Assembly (NCBI GenBank): GCA_964016885.1
Contig: OZ024760.1
Location: 18,786,001-18,850,000 of the forward strand
Reading direction: 5' to 3'
DNA length: 64,000 nt
From: Eledone cirrhosa
Lineage: Eukaryota
A model generated the notes under the pieces. That model made no database searches and was not told the origin of the DNA. It saw nothing but the letters and a program-made list of their open reading frames with translations. Position numbers and translations under genes: made by a program. Each line of letters opens with the position of its first letter. Position 1 is the stretch's first letter. This document shows positions 60,847-64,000 of this stretch, piece after piece.

Positions 60847-61605
60847 AAGAATGAGAAATAAGATAGATTAAGGGGACGGGCGGGTTGGAATTGGAAAACA
60901 TGTCTTTAGATAAACATAAAAGGTCCATTCATGTTGACATCAATGTATGTATATAATCAATGTATGTATATATGTAGAAATAGATATATATGCATGAATG
61001 CATCTCCTCTTTCTCTCTCTTTCTCTCTCTCTCTATATATATAATCAATTATCATTAAGAGGGTCGGACGCCATGCTTTCCAGCATAGTTACGTCCCTTT
61101 ATGATCTGTGTTCAAATCCCGCCGAGGTTGACTTTGCCTTTCATCCTCACGGGGTCGATAAAATAAAGTACCAGTAATGCACTGGTTAATTGCTGGCCTT
61201 GTGCCTAAAGTAGAAACAATTAATTAGTAATAAGTAGGGACGATGTGAGAGTATGATTAAGTTTATTCAGGTGTGAATGAATAAATATATATACACATGT
61301 GTGTGTGTATATATATATATATATGTTAGTTTTGTGTGTTAGGTTTTGCCTAAACGTGTGCTAACTCATTCATATTTTATGTCGACTTTGCTTGCTCACA
61401 GCCAAACCTTCGATTTTATTAAGCTTCCACACACATATATATATATATATATATAAACATATGTATGTGTGCATGTATATATATATACACAACTCGATTA
61501 ACGCCTATATGGTAGCTGCAACTTCGATTCATACCTAATATAATATATATATATATTATATATATATATATATATAAGTGGTAACACAACAGTTAGTTCA
61601 CCATA

Positions 61606-61645
61606 ACGAGAACAATTGTTTCACCTTAGCGGATCTTCAGCTCGT
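61606..61645 (-). ncRNA. Minimal hammerhead ribozyme
   Basis: ACGAG-CTGAAGA-TCC GCTAA GGT-GAAA-CAATTG-TT-CTCGT; perfect stem I, weak stem II. Confidence 0.65.
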
Positions 61646-61852
61646 ACTGGTCAAGGTTATACGGACAGGGAACAAACAAAATTATATATATATATTTTTT
61701 TATTTTGAGTATATGTTGGTTGTTTGCCGACGCAACAGTATGCAGATTGAAGTACTCAACGTTCTGCGCAGGATGGTTTGTTTACTCCGGAGTAATGTAA
61801 AAACAAGAAGTATAAGTCAACAGGGTAAAATGAACTTCGTTTATTCATATTT

Positions 61853-61911
61853 GCTGCTATATATATTTCAGTGATAGCCATTATTCAACAGCTATGACCT
61901 CATCAGGCAGT
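61853..61911 (-). ncRNA. Minimal hammerhead ribozyme (paralog of 29683)
   Basis: CTGC-CTGATGA-GGTCATAGC..GCTATCACT-GAAA-TATATA-TA-GCAG. Confidence 0.85.
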
Positions 61912-62088
61912 TAGAACTTGAACAGAAAAAACAGGAACACATAAAGTTGGAATAGAGTTTACCTCGTTAATTCATTGATATGTTCAGATCCAGAGTGTGG
62001 GGTTAGTCCCTTAGAGGATTAACAACAGACACTGAAACTGCGCATATCAATGGATTAACACTTCTTGTTTATATATATATATATATAC

Positions 62089-62125
<37 letters not shown>

Positions 62126-62181
62126 AAGAATAAGGAAAGAAAAAAGAGGAAAAACCACCTAGAATGAAGATTTATAGTTTG

Positions 62182-62182
<1 letters not shown>

Positions 62183-62234
<52 letters not shown>

Positions 62235-62399
62235 CATATATATACATATACATATACATATATATACATATACATATATATATACATATACATATACATA
62301 TATATATACATATACATATATATATACATATACATATATATATACATATACATATATATATACATATACATATATATATACATATACATATATATATAC

Positions 62400-62462
<63 letters not shown>

Positions 62463-62477
62463 CATATACATATACAT

Positions 62478-62552
<75 letters not shown>

Positions 62553-62685
62553 CATATACATATACATATATATATATATACATATACATATATATATACA
62601 TATACATATATACATATACATATATATATATACATATATATATATACATATACATATATATATATACATATACATATATATATAC

Positions 62686-62756
<71 letters not shown>

Positions 62757-63317
62757 GATATAAGAATAAGGAGACAGAAAAAAGAGAGGAAAAAACGAGC
62801 TAGAATGAAGATTTATAGTTTGAAAAAAACGGAGAAAATATCTTTCAATTCCAAAACATAGATTAAATTAAATTAGATTAAAGTTTGTAATACGTTGTTG
62901 TACAAGAAAATACCATCTTCATACTACAGCCACATTCTTTCTTCCACTCTGTCAATATCGAGTACACATTCACTCATACACATGACTATATATGTATATA
63001 TATGTATATATATATATATATATATATGTGTATATATATATGTATATGTATATGTATGTATATATATATATATATATATGTATATGTATGTATATACATG
63101 TATATGTATATATATATGAATATATGTATATATATATGTATATATGTATATGTATATATATGTATATATGTATATGTATATATATGTATATATATACATG
63201 TATATGTATAGTATACATGTATATGTATAGTATATATGTATATATGTATATGTATATGTATATATATATGTATATATGTATATGTATATATATATGTATA
63301 TATGTATATGTATATAT

Positions 63318-63371
<54 letters not shown>

Positions 63372-63683
63372 ATATATGTATATATGTATATGTATATATA
63401 TATGTATATATGTATATGTATATATATATGTATATATATGTATATATATGTATATGTATATATATGTATATATATGTATATGTATATATATGTATATATA
63501 TACATGTATATATGTATATGTATATATATATGTATATATATGTATATATGTATATATATATATATATATAGGATAGTAATTAATGACTATCTTTCACTAT
63601 TTAAGGTTTGTATATATAATATATTACCATTAAAGGTAATATATTATGGTTACATACATAACCATAAATAGTACCCTTAATAC

Positions 63684-63718
<35 letters not shown>

Positions 63719-64000
63719 GTATATATGTATATATATGTATATATGTATATATATATGTATGTATATATATGTATATATGTATATATATATGTATATATGT
63801 ATATATATATGTATGTATATATATGTATATATGTATATATATATGTATATATGTATATATATGTATATATGTATATATGTATATATATGTATATATGTAT
63901 ATATATGTATATATGTATATATATACATGTATATGTATATATATATGTATATATATACATGTATATGTATATATGTATATATATACATGTATATATATAT
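62183..64000 (+). repeat. (CA)n, (TA)nCA and (TA)nTG microsatellite blocks
   Basis: Direct. Confidence 0.95.

Overview
This is very AT-rich eukaryotic DNA. The SINE/LINE families and giant (TA)n/(TA)nTG arrays suggest an octopus-like coleoid cephalopod (inference). I found no supportable host-gene exon, and almost all long ORFs in the track are microsatellite artefacts. The one real long ORF (46895-50527, +) is an apparently intact Penelope-like retroelement (PLE; RT + Cys linker + GIY-YIG, Neptune-type) between two near-identical 376-bp pseudo-LTRs. The main signal the ORF track does not show is about 20 complete or partial minimal hammerhead-ribozyme (HHR) motifs from several short families sitting in (TA)n tracts. 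Most have a palindromic vestigial stem III, two families carry a compensatory U3-A8 core, and one family is folded back at hammerhead stem II. The rest is LINE fragments (RTE with C2H2 fingers, CR1/L2-like, R4/Dong, CRE-like, Tx1-like, Ingi/Vingi-like, a second PLE RT), SINEs, SINE-born minisatellites, a Helitron-like element, a possible ~9-kb inversion splitting a LINE, and a 200-N gap. All folds and family calls were made by eye, and boundaries are approximate unless a motif is quoted.
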